Shown: positions 8,318 through 18,132 of the stretch, piece by piece
Position numbering within the stretch: position 1 is the first letter of the stretch
Layout of the letters: each line of letters starts with the position of its first letter
Origin: Gemmatimonadota bacterium
GTDB lineage: Bacteria; Gemmatimonadota; Gemmatimonadetes; Palauibacterales; Palauibacteraceae
NCBI GenBank assembly: GCA_021295785.1
Contig: JAGWBR010000002.1
Coordinates: 130,844-194,843 of the forward strand
Reading direction: 5' to 3'
Length of the DNA: 64,000 bases
Translations under genes and position numbers: made by a program
Notes under the pieces: generated by a model
Databases searched by the model: none
The model's input: the letters and a program-made list of their open reading frames with translations, nothing else
Told to the model about the DNA's origin: nothing

Positions 8318-9944
8318 ATTCCTGGCCCTCCCCGACTGGGCCAATTGGGCAATTCCGGCAGGGTGCCTGCTGGTTGGGTGCCTGATAGGGTTGGTCGTCG
8401 ACCGGCGGGGATTTGGCCGGGAGCGGGGTCGTCTCCGCCACGAGGCGGAGGCCAAGATGCGGGCCGCAACCGACAAGGCGCGACACGCCGCCGCGCATAT
8501 TCGCAGCGAGGCCGAGAGCCAGGGCAGGGCAGAGGTCCTCCAAATGCGCGAGGCCTGGGCCAACGAACAACGCCGTCGCCGCGCCGCGGTCGAAAGGATG
8601 GAACGCCGAACCGACGAGCGCATGGAGGAGCTGGAGCGGAAAGAAGAACGGCTCTCCGACAGGCAGGAGCGGCTGGACCGGCGGCGGGCACGCTCCGACT
8701 CCCGCGAAGCTGAACTGGACGAAGCCCACGAGAAAGCCGAGGTCGAGCGGCTCGAATTGGCCAGGGCCCAGCGCCTTGCCACCGCAGCACACCGCGAAGC
8801 CCAGGCCAAGCTTGAGGATCTTGCCGGTATTTCGCACGACGAGGCCCGGGCCCGGGTGATGCGCGAAGCCGAAGCCGGGGCCGAGGCCGAGGCGAACCAG
8901 ATGCTGAGGCGGGCGCGGGACCGGGCCCGGAGCGACGCCGAACACCAGGCGAAGAAAATCATCTCCCAAGCGATTGAGCGATTGTCGGTTGACCACGCCT
9001 CGGAGATGGCGGTGTCGGTGGTGCACCTTCCCGGGGACGAGATGAAGGGACGCATCATTGGCCGGGAAGGCAGAAACATCCGGGCGTTTGAGGCCGCAAC
9101 CGGGGTCGACGTCGTTGTGGACGACACGCCCGAATCGGTGATCCTGTCTTGTTTCGATCCAGTCCGCCGCGAGATCGCCAGGGTGGCGATGGAGTCGCTG
9201 GTTAGCGACGGGCGCATCAATTTCGGGCGGATTGAGGAGGTTGTTGGCGGGTCCCGCCGGTCCGTCGAGAAGGCGATGAGCGAGGCGGCCGAGGAAGTTC
9301 TCTACGAGCTGGGCATCCACCGGGTCGAACCGCGCATCCGCAAGGTCCTGGGCAGGTTGCGCTACCGTGCCAGCTACGGGCAGAACCAGCTGGCGCATGC
9401 CCGGGAGGTGGCGCTGATCGCGTCGGGTATGGCCGGCGAGTTGGGGCTGGACCAGCAGATGACACGGCGGATGGGTCTCTTCCATGACATCGGGAAGGGC
9501 CTTACCCAGGAATCCGGCGGGAGTCACGTCGAACTTGGTCACGACCTGTGCAAGCGGCACGGAGAACCTGATCAGGTGCTCAACGCGATCATGGCCCACC
9601 ATGGCGACGAACCGGCCCGCTACCCCGAGACATTTCTGGTGACGGCGGCCGATGCGATTTCCGGGGCTCGGCCGGGCGCTCGGCGCGAGTCGTTCGAGCA
9701 CTACGTGGAGCGGCTTGAAAAGCTGGAAGCATTGGCCTCGCGGGACCCCGCGGTGCACAAGGCGTATGCAATAAAAGCAGGCCGGGAGATCCGGATAATG
9801 GTCATGCCGGAGAAGGTCGGCGACACCGACATGGACCGGTTGGCACAGGAGACCGCCGAGCGAATTGAGAGCCGGTTGCAATACCCGGGGCAGATTAGGG
9901 TGATTGTGGTGCGCGAGACCCGCTCGGTTTCATACGCTCGCTAG
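8310..9944 (+). CDS. rny: ribonuclease Y
   Basis: N-terminal TM segment (WAIPAGCLLVGCLIGLVV), long charged coiled coil, KH motif GRIIGREGRNIRAFE, HD domain HDIGK..MAHHGD. ATG 8310 overlaps zapA by 8 nt. Confidence 0.93.
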   Translation: MAEFLALPDWANWAIPAGCLLVGCLIGLVVDRRGFGRERGRLRHEAEAKMRAATDKARHAAAHIRSEAESQGRAEVLQMREAWANEQRRRRAAVERMERRTDERMEELERKEERLSDRQERLDRRRARSDSREAELDEAHEKAEVERLELARAQRLATAAHREAQAKLEDLAGISHDEARARVMREAEAGAEAEANQMLRRARDRARSDAEHQAKKIISQAIERLSVDHASEMAVSVVHLPGDEMKGRIIGREGRNIRAFEAATGVDVVVDDTPESVILSCFDPVRREIARVAMESLVSDGRINFGRIEEVVGGSRRSVEKAMSEAAEEVLYELGIHRVEPRIRKVLGRLRYRASYGQNQLAHAREVALIASGMAGELGLDQQMTRRMGLFHDIGKGLTQESGGSHVELGHDLCKRHGEPDQVLNAIMAHHGDEPARYPETFLVTAADAISGARPGARRESFEHYVERLEKLEALASRDPAVHKAYAIKAGREIRIMVMPEKVGDTDMDRLAQETAERIESRLQYPGQIRVIVVRETRSVSYAR

Positions 9945-9997
9945 AGCCGTCCAACGCCAGCGCCGTTCAGGTCAAACAGAGAGGCAACGCGACTCGC

Positions 9998-10891
9998 ATG
10001 ACTGCGCGGATCATTGACGGAAAAAAGATTGCCGCCGAGATACGGGGCGAGGTGGCGGTACGGGCCAAAGCCTGTGCCGAGGCCGGTGTGGTGCCCGGGC
10101 TCGGGGTAGTACTGGTCGGAGATGACCCTGCCTCGCGGGTCTACGTCGGCATGAAAACCAAAGCCTGCGCCGAGGCCGGAATCCGCACCCGCGACGTGAT
10201 CCGGAACAGCGAAATCAGCCAGGCCGAACTGCTCGCTATCGTGGACGATCTCAACGAGGATCCGGGAATCCACGGGATTCTGGTTCAGTTGCCGCTTCCG
10301 CGGGGCCTCAGCGAACACGAAGTCACCGGAAGAATTGACCCGGCCAAGGACGTTGACGGGTTCCACCCCGTGAATCAGGGGCGGATGACCCAGGGGGACT
10401 CCAGCGCCTTCCGCCCCGCCACCCCCGCGGGCGTCCAGGAGCTGATTCGCCGGACCGGCGTGGAGACCAGCGGTGCGCACGTTGTGATAGTCGGTCGTTC
10501 CAACATCGTGGGAATGCCGATGTCGGCAATCATGCTCCAGAAGGAACCCACCGCCAACGCCACGGTCACGGTGGCGCACAGCCGCACGCGAGACCTTGGC
10601 GCGATTACCCGGCAGGGCGAGATCCTCATCGTGGCGGTTGGCGTCCCCGAGCTCGTCAGGGGCGACATGGTGCGCGAGGGTGCGGTCGTCATCGACGTCG
10701 GGGTGAACCGGGTAGAGGATCCTTCCCGGCCGAAGGGATACCGCCTGGCGGGCGATGTGGCGTTTGAGGAAGCGGCCGAACGGGCGTCGTGGATTACGGC
10801 GGTGCCCGGGGGCGTGGGCCCGATGACCATTGCCATGCTGCTGCGGAACACCGTCAGATCGGCAGAGCGGATGGCGGGGCTGGAGAGCTGA
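9998..10891 (+). CDS. folD: bifunctional methylenetetrahydrofolate dehydrogenase/cyclohydrolase
   Basis: GLGVVLVGDDPASRVYV, VGRSNIVGMPM, PGGVGPMT. Confidence 0.95.
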   Translation: MTARIIDGKKIAAEIRGEVAVRAKACAEAGVVPGLGVVLVGDDPASRVYVGMKTKACAEAGIRTRDVIRNSEISQAELLAIVDDLNEDPGIHGILVQLPLPRGLSEHEVTGRIDPAKDVDGFHPVNQGRMTQGDSSAFRPATPAGVQELIRRTGVETSGAHVVIVGRSNIVGMPMSAIMLQKEPTANATVTVAHSRTRDLGAITRQGEILIVAVGVPELVRGDMVREGAVVIDVGVNRVEDPSRPKGYRLAGDVAFEEAAERASWITAVPGGVGPMTIAMLLRNTVRSAERMAGLES

Positions 10892-10946
10892 AGGCTGGAC
10901 CAGCGAGCTGGCGGTGCACGGCACGCTTGACTCGACCGTGACCGGG

Positions 10947-11849
10947 ATGGATCTGGCCCGGGTGCGCGAGACGTTCGACAGCCGCCTTGCGGCCTGGCTG
11001 GACAGTCGGCGTGCGGCCGAAAACCAGGCCGAGCACCCGGTACGTTACGCCGTGCTCGCGCCGGGCAAGCGAATCCGCCCCCTCCTGCTGCTGGCGTCCT
11101 GGAGGGCGATAACCGGCAGGACCGCGGGGGCCCAGATGCCGGCACACCTCGCGGGCGTGTTCGACCTGGCCGCGGCCCCGGAGCTGGTGCACACTTACTC
11201 GCTGGTTCACGACGACCTGCCGTGTATGGACGATGACGAGCTGCGCCGGGGCCGTCCGACAGTCCATGTGGTTTTTGGCACGCCAACCGCGGTCATTACC
11301 GGAGCCTTCCTGATTCCCCTCGCGGTCCTGGCCATCGTGCGCGGCGCTTCGGCCATGGGGCTGCCGGACGAAGTGGCCGGGGAGCTGGTCTGTACCCTGA
11401 TGGTGAGGGCGGGCGGGGCGGGGATGGTGGGCGGGCAAATGCTGGACCTGGAAGCCGAGCACACAGCCCAGACCATCGAGAGCCTGGAGAACATCCACCG
11501 GTCCAAGACCGGGTGCCTGATCGCCGCCAGCTGCGCCATGGGGGGTATCGCGGCCGCCGGCACCCCCGCGCAGGTGGCCCGGTTGACCAGATTTGGAGAG
11601 GCGCTCGGACTGGCATTTCAGGCCGTGGACGATATCCTGGACGTGACAGGTTCGGAGGAAGTGATGGGCAAACGGGGAGGCAGGGACGCCGAGTTGGGCA
11701 AGGCCACCATGACATCGCTCAGGGGTTTGGCGGGGGCCAGGGCACGCGCCACCGAGCTCATCGATCAAGCTCTTGCGGAGCTGGAGGAGCTCCCGGAACC
11801 CGACGCCCTCCGAGAGATCGCCGGCCTGGTCCTGAAGCGGGACCGGTAA
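10947..11849 (+). CDS. ispA: polyprenyl (farnesyl/geranylgeranyl) diphosphate synthase
   Basis: First and second Asp-rich motifs LVHDDLPCMDDDELRRGRPT and FQAVDDILD. Start ATG 10947 (alternative GTG 10914). Confidence 0.85.
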   Translation: MDLARVRETFDSRLAAWLDSRRAAENQAEHPVRYAVLAPGKRIRPLLLLASWRAITGRTAGAQMPAHLAGVFDLAAAPELVHTYSLVHDDLPCMDDDELRRGRPTVHVVFGTPTAVITGAFLIPLAVLAIVRGASAMGLPDEVAGELVCTLMVRAGGAGMVGGQMLDLEAEHTAQTIESLENIHRSKTGCLIAASCAMGGIAAAGTPAQVARLTRFGEALGLAFQAVDDILDVTGSEEVMGKRGGRDAELGKATMTSLRGLAGARARATELIDQALAELEELPEPDALREIAGLVLKRDR

Positions 11850-12799
11850 TGCGCGTCGGAATCGTCGCCTACCGCGAGCATGCGCGGCTCAGGCAGGTGG
11901 TCGAGAAGGTCGAGGCGGTCAGCGGTGACCTGGGTCTGGATTTGGTTTTTGAGCCGGGCCTTCCGAATTCGCCCGACTGGCCGTCAGCCGCGCTGGATTC
12001 GGAAACCGTGGACCTGTTTCTTGCACTCGGCGGAGACGGGACACTGCTGCGGGCCGCCCGCATGGCGGGCATGCGGGGAGTGCCGGTTCTGGGTTGCGAT
12101 TTGGGGCGGCTCGGGTTCTTGACCCTGGTGCCGTGGCGGGAGCTGCCCCAGGCGCTGGAGCGTGTGGCGGGGGGAGACTGGATTGCCGAGGAGAGGTTGG
12201 CGCTGGATGTCGAAGTGGTGTTGTCCCGCCCCACCGGTGCGGAGTCCCCAGCACGGCTCTACGCGGTCAACGATGCCGTCGTACACAAAAGCGGTTTTGC
12301 CCGACTGATCGGCCTGCGTGTCCGGGCGGGCGAGGAGACGGTAGGGGACTACAGCGCGGACGGGATTATTCTCTCCACCGCCACGGGCTCGACGGCATAC
12401 AGCCTTTCGGCCGGCGGCCCCATCGTCGCCCCCAGCGTGAAGGGGATCGTAGCGACCCCGATTTCACCGCACACACTGGCGGTGCGCCCGGTCGTCTTGC
12501 CCGGGGAAACGGTTATTACGGTCGAGTTGCTGTCCGGCGGCGAAGACATTCAACTGACGGTGGACGGTCTGCCGGGCCGCCCACTGGCGGTGGGGGACAA
12601 AGTTCGCGTGTCCCAGTCCGGTCACCCGGTCACGCTGGTGCGCCTCAGCGAATTCCCGTTCTTCGACGTCCTCCGGCAAAAACTCAGGTGGGGCGACGTC
12701 AGGGTGCACGAAGGCCTGGACCCCCCGCCCCTCCACCCCCCAAACGTTCAACCACCTCCGCTTCAACCACCGTCTCCGACGGACCATCACGACGGATGA
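11849..12799 (+). CDS. nadK: NAD kinase with Pro-rich C-terminal tail
   Basis: MRVGIV.., LALGGDGTLLRAAR, NDAVV, STATGSTAYSLSAGGPIV. TAATG overlap with the upstream stop. Confidence 0.92.
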   Translation: MRVGIVAYREHARLRQVVEKVEAVSGDLGLDLVFEPGLPNSPDWPSAALDSETVDLFLALGGDGTLLRAARMAGMRGVPVLGCDLGRLGFLTLVPWRELPQALERVAGGDWIAEERLALDVEVVLSRPTGAESPARLYAVNDAVVHKSGFARLIGLRVRAGEETVGDYSADGIILSTATGSTAYSLSAGGPIVAPSVKGIVATPISPHTLAVRPVVLPGETVITVELLSGGEDIQLTVDGLPGRPLAVGDKVRVSQSGHPVTLVRLSEFPFFDVLRQKLRWGDVRVHEGLDPPPLHPPNVQPPPLQPPSPTDHHDG

Positions 12800-14466
12800 G
12801 CCTGCGCGAACTGCGGGTCCGCAACTTCGCCGTCATCCGCGATGCGACGATCGAACTCGGTCCAGGCCTTGTGGTGCTTACTGGGGAGACCGGGGCAGGG
12901 AAGTCGCTCCTGGTGGGGGCTCTGGCGCTGCTTCGCGGCGGGCGACCCAGCGCATCGCTGATCGCGGCAGGCGAGGACAGGGCAGTCGTGGAGGGGTTGA
13001 TCGATTTCTCCGGCTCACCCGGTGCCGTGGCGCTGCTGCAGGAAAGCGGAATCGATCTGGACGAAGGATGGGCCGTGCTCCGGCGGGAGATCCGCGGACG
13101 GGGCAGGCACCGCGCCTGGATCAACGGGTCACCCTGCACTGCAGCCCTCATGGGGCAGGCTGGACGCCGCGTCCTGGAGATTCACGGCCAGCACCAGCAG
13201 AGACGCCTCGCCGCCGAATCCGAGCAGCGGCGGACCCTGGACAGGTTTGGAGGTCACGAGGAGCTCGCCGCCGATCACGCAGCCCGGTTCGACCTGGTGC
13301 AAACGACCCGGGCCAAGTTGACCAAGGCCCGGAAGCTTGCCGCGGAGGGGCGCGCCCGGGCTGATTACCTGCGGTTTGTGGTATCGGAAACTGCCGAGGC
13401 CGAAATCCGGCCCGGGGAAGATGCCGAACTCGAAGCCGAGGAGCGTCGACTCGCCCATGCGTCGGAGCTTCGGGAGCACTCGGGCAACCTCCAGTATCAG
13501 ATCAACGAAGCAGACGGATCGGTACTGGACGCCCTGGGCCAAATGTCGGGTCCGCTGGAGGCGATGCGCCGGGCTGACGATTCTGCCGGGGATTTTGTGG
13601 CCCTGCACCGGTCGGCAGTGGACGCTCTGGGCGACCTGGCCCGTCAGTTGGCAGTGTACCGGGACAGGGTGGAGCACGACCCGGGAAGACTGGACGAAGT
13701 TCGGGCGCGGCGTGACCGCCTCCAGGCACTGAAGCGGAAATACGGCCCGTCATTGGAAGACGTGGTCGCCAAGAGCCGGGAGGCGGCCGAAGAACTTTCC
13801 CGGATCGAATCGGCGGACCAGGAGATCTCGACGCTGGACTCCGAGCTGGCCGCCGCCGTGGAGGGCATGCGGAAAACCGCTGTCCGCCTTTCGAGCGCAC
13901 GTTTCGCAGCCGCCGAGTCGTTCGCGGAACAGGTGACCGAAGCCCTCCAGCCCCTGGGTCTGTCCCGGTCGGTTTTCGAGGTCACTCTCGAGCCGCTTGA
14001 CTCCCCTGGCCGGGGAGGCGCGGAGCAGGTTCAGTTCCTGGTTTCGACCAATCCTGGATTTCCACCCGGTTCGCTCGCCCAGGTGGCCTCGGGGGGTGAA
14101 ATGAGTCGGCTCATGCTGGGAGTTGAGTCGGTCTTGGCCGGCCGCGGCGAACCTCCGGTCATGGTGTTCGACGAGATTGACGCGGGGATCGGCGGCGAGG
14201 TGGCCCACCGCGTGGCGCGCGCCCTCCAGACCTTGGCCGAAGGCCGGCAGGTGCTGGCGGTCACGCACCTGGCCCAACTTGCGTCGCGGGCCGACCAGCA
14301 CTTCGTCGTCACCAAACGTCCCGGAGTGGACACCACGGAGGTTGAAATCGCTAGGCTTACCGGCGGTGAACGGGTCCGCGAGGTAGCCCGGATGCTGGGC
14401 GGTGACCAGGGCAGCGAGGTGTCCCGGGCCCACGCGTCAGAACAACTCCGGGCGGCGCGCCGGTGA
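12796..14466 (+). CDS. recN: DNA repair protein RecN
   Basis: MSLRELRVRNFAVI, Walker A GETGAGKS, signature SGGEMSRLML, Walker B VFDEIDAGIGG. ATGA overlap with nadK. Confidence 0.95.
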   Translation: MSLRELRVRNFAVIRDATIELGPGLVVLTGETGAGKSLLVGALALLRGGRPSASLIAAGEDRAVVEGLIDFSGSPGAVALLQESGIDLDEGWAVLRREIRGRGRHRAWINGSPCTAALMGQAGRRVLEIHGQHQQRRLAAESEQRRTLDRFGGHEELAADHAARFDLVQTTRAKLTKARKLAAEGRARADYLRFVVSETAEAEIRPGEDAELEAEERRLAHASELREHSGNLQYQINEADGSVLDALGQMSGPLEAMRRADDSAGDFVALHRSAVDALGDLARQLAVYRDRVEHDPGRLDEVRARRDRLQALKRKYGPSLEDVVAKSREAAEELSRIESADQEISTLDSELAAAVEGMRKTAVRLSSARFAAAESFAEQVTEALQPLGLSRSVFEVTLEPLDSPGRGGAEQVQFLVSTNPGFPPGSLAQVASGGEMSRLMLGVESVLAGRGEPPVMVFDEIDAGIGGEVAHRVARALQTLAEGRQVLAVTHLAQLASRADQHFVVTKRPGVDTTEVEIARLTGGERVREVARMLGGDQGSEVSRAHASEQLRAARR

Positions 14467-14479
14467 TGCTGGCTCGGTC

Positions 14480-15244
14480 ATGAACGTGTTCGCTCAGCTG
14501 TTCGATGCCCTCCTCCTGGTGCACGTCGCAGCCGGCTTCGTCGGCCTGGCGGCGTTCTGGTTCCCAGTGTTCGCCCGCAAGGGCGGTCGGGTGCACGTCG
14601 TGGTGGGCCGCGCCTACGCCTGGTGCGCGTATGTCGTGACGCTGTCGGCGATCATCGCGGCGCCAAGCCGGATCGTCTCCTATCGGTACATGGGGATCAG
14701 CGTCGCGGAACAACCCGAGCGTTACGCGTTCGCAGTCCTCCTGGGCTATCTGGGCGTGGTGACCTTCGTCATGGTACGGCAGGGCCTGCGCGTCCTGGCG
14801 ACCCGGAGAGCACCGGAGAAGTTGCGCACGCCCGCCCACGAGGCGCTCGCCTGGGCGTCGATGGCCGGCAGCATCTTCGTCGTCGGCTTCGGGCTGGCGG
14901 TGTGGTCCGACGTCTCGCCGATCCTGCTGGGAATGAGCCCCATCGGCCTCTTCACGGGCCGTCGCATGTTGCGGCTGATGCGCGATCCGCGCGGCGAGCG
15001 CATGGGCTGGTTCTACAGCCACCTGGCCTCGATGCTCGGGGGCGGCATCGCGTTCCACACCGCGTTCATCGTCTTCGGGGCCCAGCGACTTTGGGCCTAC
15101 GAGATCGAGGGGGCACTCGCCATCGTCCCCTGGATCCTGCCTACGGTTTTCGGCGTGCCGGCGATTGTGCTCTGGACGCGGCGCTATCGGCGAAAGTTCA
15201 ACCGAGGCGCGACTAGAACTAGAAGAGGGCAATCGGAGTCCTGA
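14480..15244 (+). CDS. hypothetical integral membrane protein (about 6 TM segments)
   Basis: The ATG 14480 ORF has repeated hydrophobic stretches separated by R-rich loops. No family recognised. Confidence 0.7.
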   Translation: MNVFAQLFDALLLVHVAAGFVGLAAFWFPVFARKGGRVHVVVGRAYAWCAYVVTLSAIIAAPSRIVSYRYMGISVAEQPERYAFAVLLGYLGVVTFVMVRQGLRVLATRRAPEKLRTPAHEALAWASMAGSIFVVGFGLAVWSDVSPILLGMSPIGLFTGRRMLRLMRDPRGERMGWFYSHLASMLGGGIAFHTAFIVFGAQRLWAYEIEGALAIVPWILPTVFGVPAIVLWTRRYRRKFNRGATRTRRGQSES

Positions 15245-16841
15245 TAGCCACCGAAAAATGATGTGAGGTGGGGGTACGTCCCCCTGAACCCGAAAACGCA
15301 CGCCGTATCGAGACCGCGAACTGCCATGGGTTCCGGGTTGGTCCCGCGGTCCTGTCGCTGGCCCGGCCCCGAGCTTCCGTTATGTCCAGTACAAACCCCA
15401 GCCCGATCCGGTGCCGCGTCTGGGTGGTTTCAAGCGAGAGTTCGCTGGCGTCGATCCCCGCGTAAAGCCCCTCAAGCGGCTCAATCAACTCGTAGCTGGT
15501 AGCCGGGACCGAGTAGTAGTCGTAGTCCAGCCCCGCGCTGAACCCCTGGGCGATCAACAGCGACGGCCGCACCTGCAGGGCAAGCACATCACCCGGGTAG
15601 ATGTTCATGATGCGTTTCAATCGTTCGTGGGCGTAGGGCTGATCGGGCGGTGCCACGCGCAGGACGGCCGCGACCGGCCGGCGCATCGTGTACTGTCCGC
15701 GGAACCGCAGAAAGACCGTTTTCCCGATGAGCACGTCCTGATACAGCGTCAACTCAAGCTCCGGGTGACCGCTGGCGACGGGAATGTCCAGGAAATTGTC
15801 TGGATCGTGAATCGGCGCGCCGTTGGGATCGCGCGTGGGCATGCGGACCAGACCGCCGACCGCCGTTCGGAAACGAAACAAGCCGGGCCCGCGATCTTCG
15901 CCTCGGCGGCTGATCTGGTCCACCGCACGCAGCCGCGCCGAGAACTCCAACGCTCCCACCGAAATACCGTTCCGTGCCCGTCCGGGCACCTCGGCTCGAA
16001 TGAAACCATCCTCAAAAATCCGCATCAGATTGGCTTCCCCGGCGAGTTGGACCAAATCCATGTCGGGCAACGAAATGCCCAGCGCCCCGAACTCCTCCTG
16101 CAGCTGCCCCAGATTCGCAAGGAGCAGCAAGCCCCTCAGACTCTGCCGCACCGGAAAGACCCGGTCGGGCTGTGCCATGTCCGAAATCGCCCCGAAGAAT
16201 GCCTGGCTTCCGGCCAGTAACGCCGAAGCCGCCTCCAAATCGGGGCCAACCAACGCTCCGCCGTCAATAAGAGCCTGAAGTTGGGTCAGCGCGTCCGCGC
16301 TTCCGTTCAGGAACTGCTGCTGGTTCTCGATGGCCAAATCGCCCCAGGTGAAGGCCGCGGTGGTCGAATCGAAGTGCAGGGTGGTCTCGACGTCGGTGTG
16401 ACGGAACGGAGCCCGAAGTCCAACGCTGAGCCAGTCAAACACCCCGTACTCCAGCCCAAGCCCGAGTACGCGTTCCTGCGCCCTCATCGTCGAGAATCCC
16501 ATGTCACCCAGGGTCAGGTCTCCGTCTTCCAGCACCGGGATTCCCAACGCCGCGGCCCCGACGTTGAAGTCTTCGCTCAGATAGGCCGACGGATAAAGCC
16601 GCGCCGACAGGTCGCCGTCAAAGTGCGAGGTTAGCGGCTCGCGCTCTCCGTCGAGGATGCTGTCGCTTCCCTCGGCGAACTGAGAGTTCCAATTCAGCAA
16701 GACCCCGGTCATCTGAAACCAGAGTTGGCCCGTTTCGGGGAGTCTGGCGTCTTGGTCCTGCGCGGTCACCGGGGGTGCCCCGGCGATGGCCGCGGCCGCC
16801 AATCCGACAAGCAGTGCGGCCAGCGGCGATCGTCCGGCCAT
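15219..16841 (-). CDS. hypothetical outer-membrane beta-barrel protein
   Basis: ATG at 16841 gives the signal peptide MAGRSPLAALLVGLAAAAIAGAPPVTAQ. Alternating beta-strand-like sequence and a C-terminal ...IRTPIALF (terminal Phe). The ORF-track extension to 17063 runs through tRNA-Cys and is rejected. Confidence 0.7.
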   Translation of the reverse strand: MAGRSPLAALLVGLAAAAIAGAPPVTAQDQDARLPETGQLWFQMTGVLLNWNSQFAEGSDSILDGEREPLTSHFDGDLSARLYPSAYLSEDFNVGAAALGIPVLEDGDLTLGDMGFSTMRAQERVLGLGLEYGVFDWLSVGLRAPFRHTDVETTLHFDSTTAAFTWGDLAIENQQQFLNGSADALTQLQALIDGGALVGPDLEAASALLAGSQAFFGAISDMAQPDRVFPVRQSLRGLLLLANLGQLQEEFGALGISLPDMDLVQLAGEANLMRIFEDGFIRAEVPGRARNGISVGALEFSARLRAVDQISRRGEDRGPGLFRFRTAVGGLVRMPTRDPNGAPIHDPDNFLDIPVASGHPELELTLYQDVLIGKTVFLRFRGQYTMRRPVAAVLRVAPPDQPYAHERLKRIMNIYPGDVLALQVRPSLLIAQGFSAGLDYDYYSVPATSYELIEPLEGLYAGIDASELSLETTQTRHRIGLGFVLDITEARGRASDRTAGPTRNPWQFAVSIRRAFSGSGGRTPTSHHFSVAIRTPIALF

Positions 16842-16927
16842 GGCGCCGGACGGCTGTGCGCCCCCCCGGCTCCAAACCGCGCGCGCCTTTACTATGCGAC
16901 TTTCCGCGGGTAGACTTCGCACAAGTC

Positions 16928-16998
16928 GGCGCCGTGGCCGAGTGGCTAGGCAGGGGCCTGCAAAGCCCCCTACTCCGGTTCGAATCCGGACGGCGCCT
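16928..16998 (+). tRNA. tRNA-Cys (GCA)
   Basis: Acceptor GGCGCCG/CGGCGCC. Anticodon stem GGGGC/GCCCC with loop CTGCAAA. T-arm TCCGG-TTCGAAT-CCGGA. Confidence 0.92.
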
Positions 16999-17022
16999 TT
17001 AGTCGTAGCGGGATCAGCGGTC

Positions 17023-17048
17023 GGGTTGGCGGAGTTGTGGTTGGCGGA
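17023..17048 (+). repeat. 11-nt direct repeat GGTTGGCGGAG x2 separated by 4 nt, in the tRNA-Cys/tRNA-Leu spacer
   Basis: Read directly at 17023-17033 and 17038-17048. Confidence 0.8.
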
Positions 17049-17151
17049 GGGCGGCGCGGTCATGCGGTCGGTCGTGTTTCCTTCCTGTTACCTTGGTCTG
17101 GTCCCTGACGTCTCTGTTAACACGACGGGCGGCCGAGTGCCGTCACCTCGT

Positions 17152-17235
17152 GCCGGAGTGGCGGAATTGGCAGACGCGCCGGACTCAAAATCCGGTGGGC
17201 TTCGGCCCTTGAGGGTTCGAGTCCCTCCTCCGGCA
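17152..17235 (+). tRNA. tRNA-Leu (CAA), class II with long variable arm
   Basis: Acceptor GCCGGAG/CTCCGGC plus discriminator A. Anticodon stem CCGGA/TCCGG with loop CTCAAAA. Variable arm TGGGCTTCGGCCCT. T-arm GAGGG-TTCGAGT-CCCTC. Confidence 0.92.
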
Positions 17236-17245
17236 TCCCCCGCAA

Positions 17246-17274
17246 GGTTCGCGTGTCTCAAAGGCACGCGAACC
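17246..17274 (+). terminator. perfect 10-bp hairpin just 3' of tRNA-Leu (terminator- or processing-like, no U-tail)
   Basis: GGTTCGCGTG-tctcaaagg-CACGCGAACC. Confidence 0.35.
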
Positions 17275-17400
17275 GCCCCTGCATGCGGCCAAGCGGCCGC
17301 GGCAGAACTTACCGAGGCAGCCGCAAGGGTGTCTAACCCGGCACGGGTGCCTGATTCAATAGGGGTATTTGACCCAACCAGGGTGTGCAAGGGGGAAGCA

Positions 17401-18132
17401 GTGATCAAGGCTCAAGGGCTGGGCAAGACCTACATGAGTGGCGGCCTGCCGCTCGAAGTGCTCAAGGACGTGGAACTGACCTTCGAGTCTGGATCCCTTT
17501 CGGCGGTAGTGGGACCGTCGGGTAGCGGAAAAACGACACTGCTCGGCCTCCTGGCGGGTCTGGACGCGCCGTCGGCGGGCCGTGTTCTGCTGGAAGATCA
17601 GGACCTCACCGCGATGAGCGAGGACGAGAAGGCCAGGTTCCGAGCCGAAAACGTGGGGTTTGTATTCCAGACTTTCCATCTGCTTGCATCGCTCACGGCC
17701 CTGGAAAACGTACTGGTGCCGCTTGAATTGACCGGCCGCGCCAAAAAGGCGGCGGACAGTGCCAGGGCCCTCCTGGAACGCGTCGGGTTGGGGGGAAGGG
17801 AGGGGCACTACCCGGCCCAGCTGTCCGGCGGCGAGCGGCAGCGGGTTGCGCTGGCCAGGGCGTTTGCGAACCAGCCCCGGATCCTGTTCGCCGACGAACC
17901 GACGGGCAATCTGGATCACGAGACGGGTCTGGGCGTGGCGGCAATGCTCGAACAGATGAATCGTGAGTCAGGCACTACGCTGGTCATGGTTACGCACGAT
18001 CTGGAGTTGGCCGAGCGGGCGGAGCGGGTGATCAGCCTGTCAGGGGGGCGGGTGGTGGCGGACCGCGCTGGCAGCGGATCCAACGGCGCGTCGGGTTTTG
18101 ACGGGCGGCGCTCCGACGAGGGGCGCTCATGA
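17401..18132 (+). CDS. ABC transporter ATP-binding protein (LolD/MacB/YbbA-like)
   Basis: GTG 17401 after GGGGGAAG. Walker [10 protein letters not shown], signature [14 protein letters not shown], Walker B ILFADEPT. Confidence 0.92.
   Translation: MIKAQGLGKTYMSGGLPLEVLKDVELTFESGSLSAVVGPSGSGKTTLLGLLAGLDAPSAGRVLLEDQDLTAMSEDEKARFRAENVGFVFQTFHLLASLTALENVLVPLELTGRAKKAADSARALLERVGLGGREGHYPAQLSGGERQRVALARAFANQPRILFADEPTGNLDHETGLGVAAMLEQMNRESGTTLVMVTHDLELAERAERVISLSGGRVVADRAGSGSNGASGFDGRRSDEGRS

Noticed and set aside
7682-9881. Very long antisense ORFs opposite rny (7682-9220 and 8220-9881, minus strand). Similar long out-of-frame or antisense ORFs occur at 5102-6538, 24649-26637, 27043-28653, 37456-38847, 46020-47723, 50741-52510 and 57758-58981.
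   Set aside because: Their translations are extreme R/P/G/S/A low-complexity sequences with no motifs. Each lies entirely over a gene with unambiguous homology motifs. This is the usual stop-codon depletion artefact of GC-rich DNA.
16786-17400. ORF-track 5' extensions that run across the two tRNA genes: plus-strand 16786-18132 and minus-strand 15219-17063.
   Set aside because: The extensions translate tRNA and spacer sequence. Good internal starts exist: GTG 17401 with an SD for the ABC ATPase, and ATG 16841 giving a clean signal peptide for the OMP.
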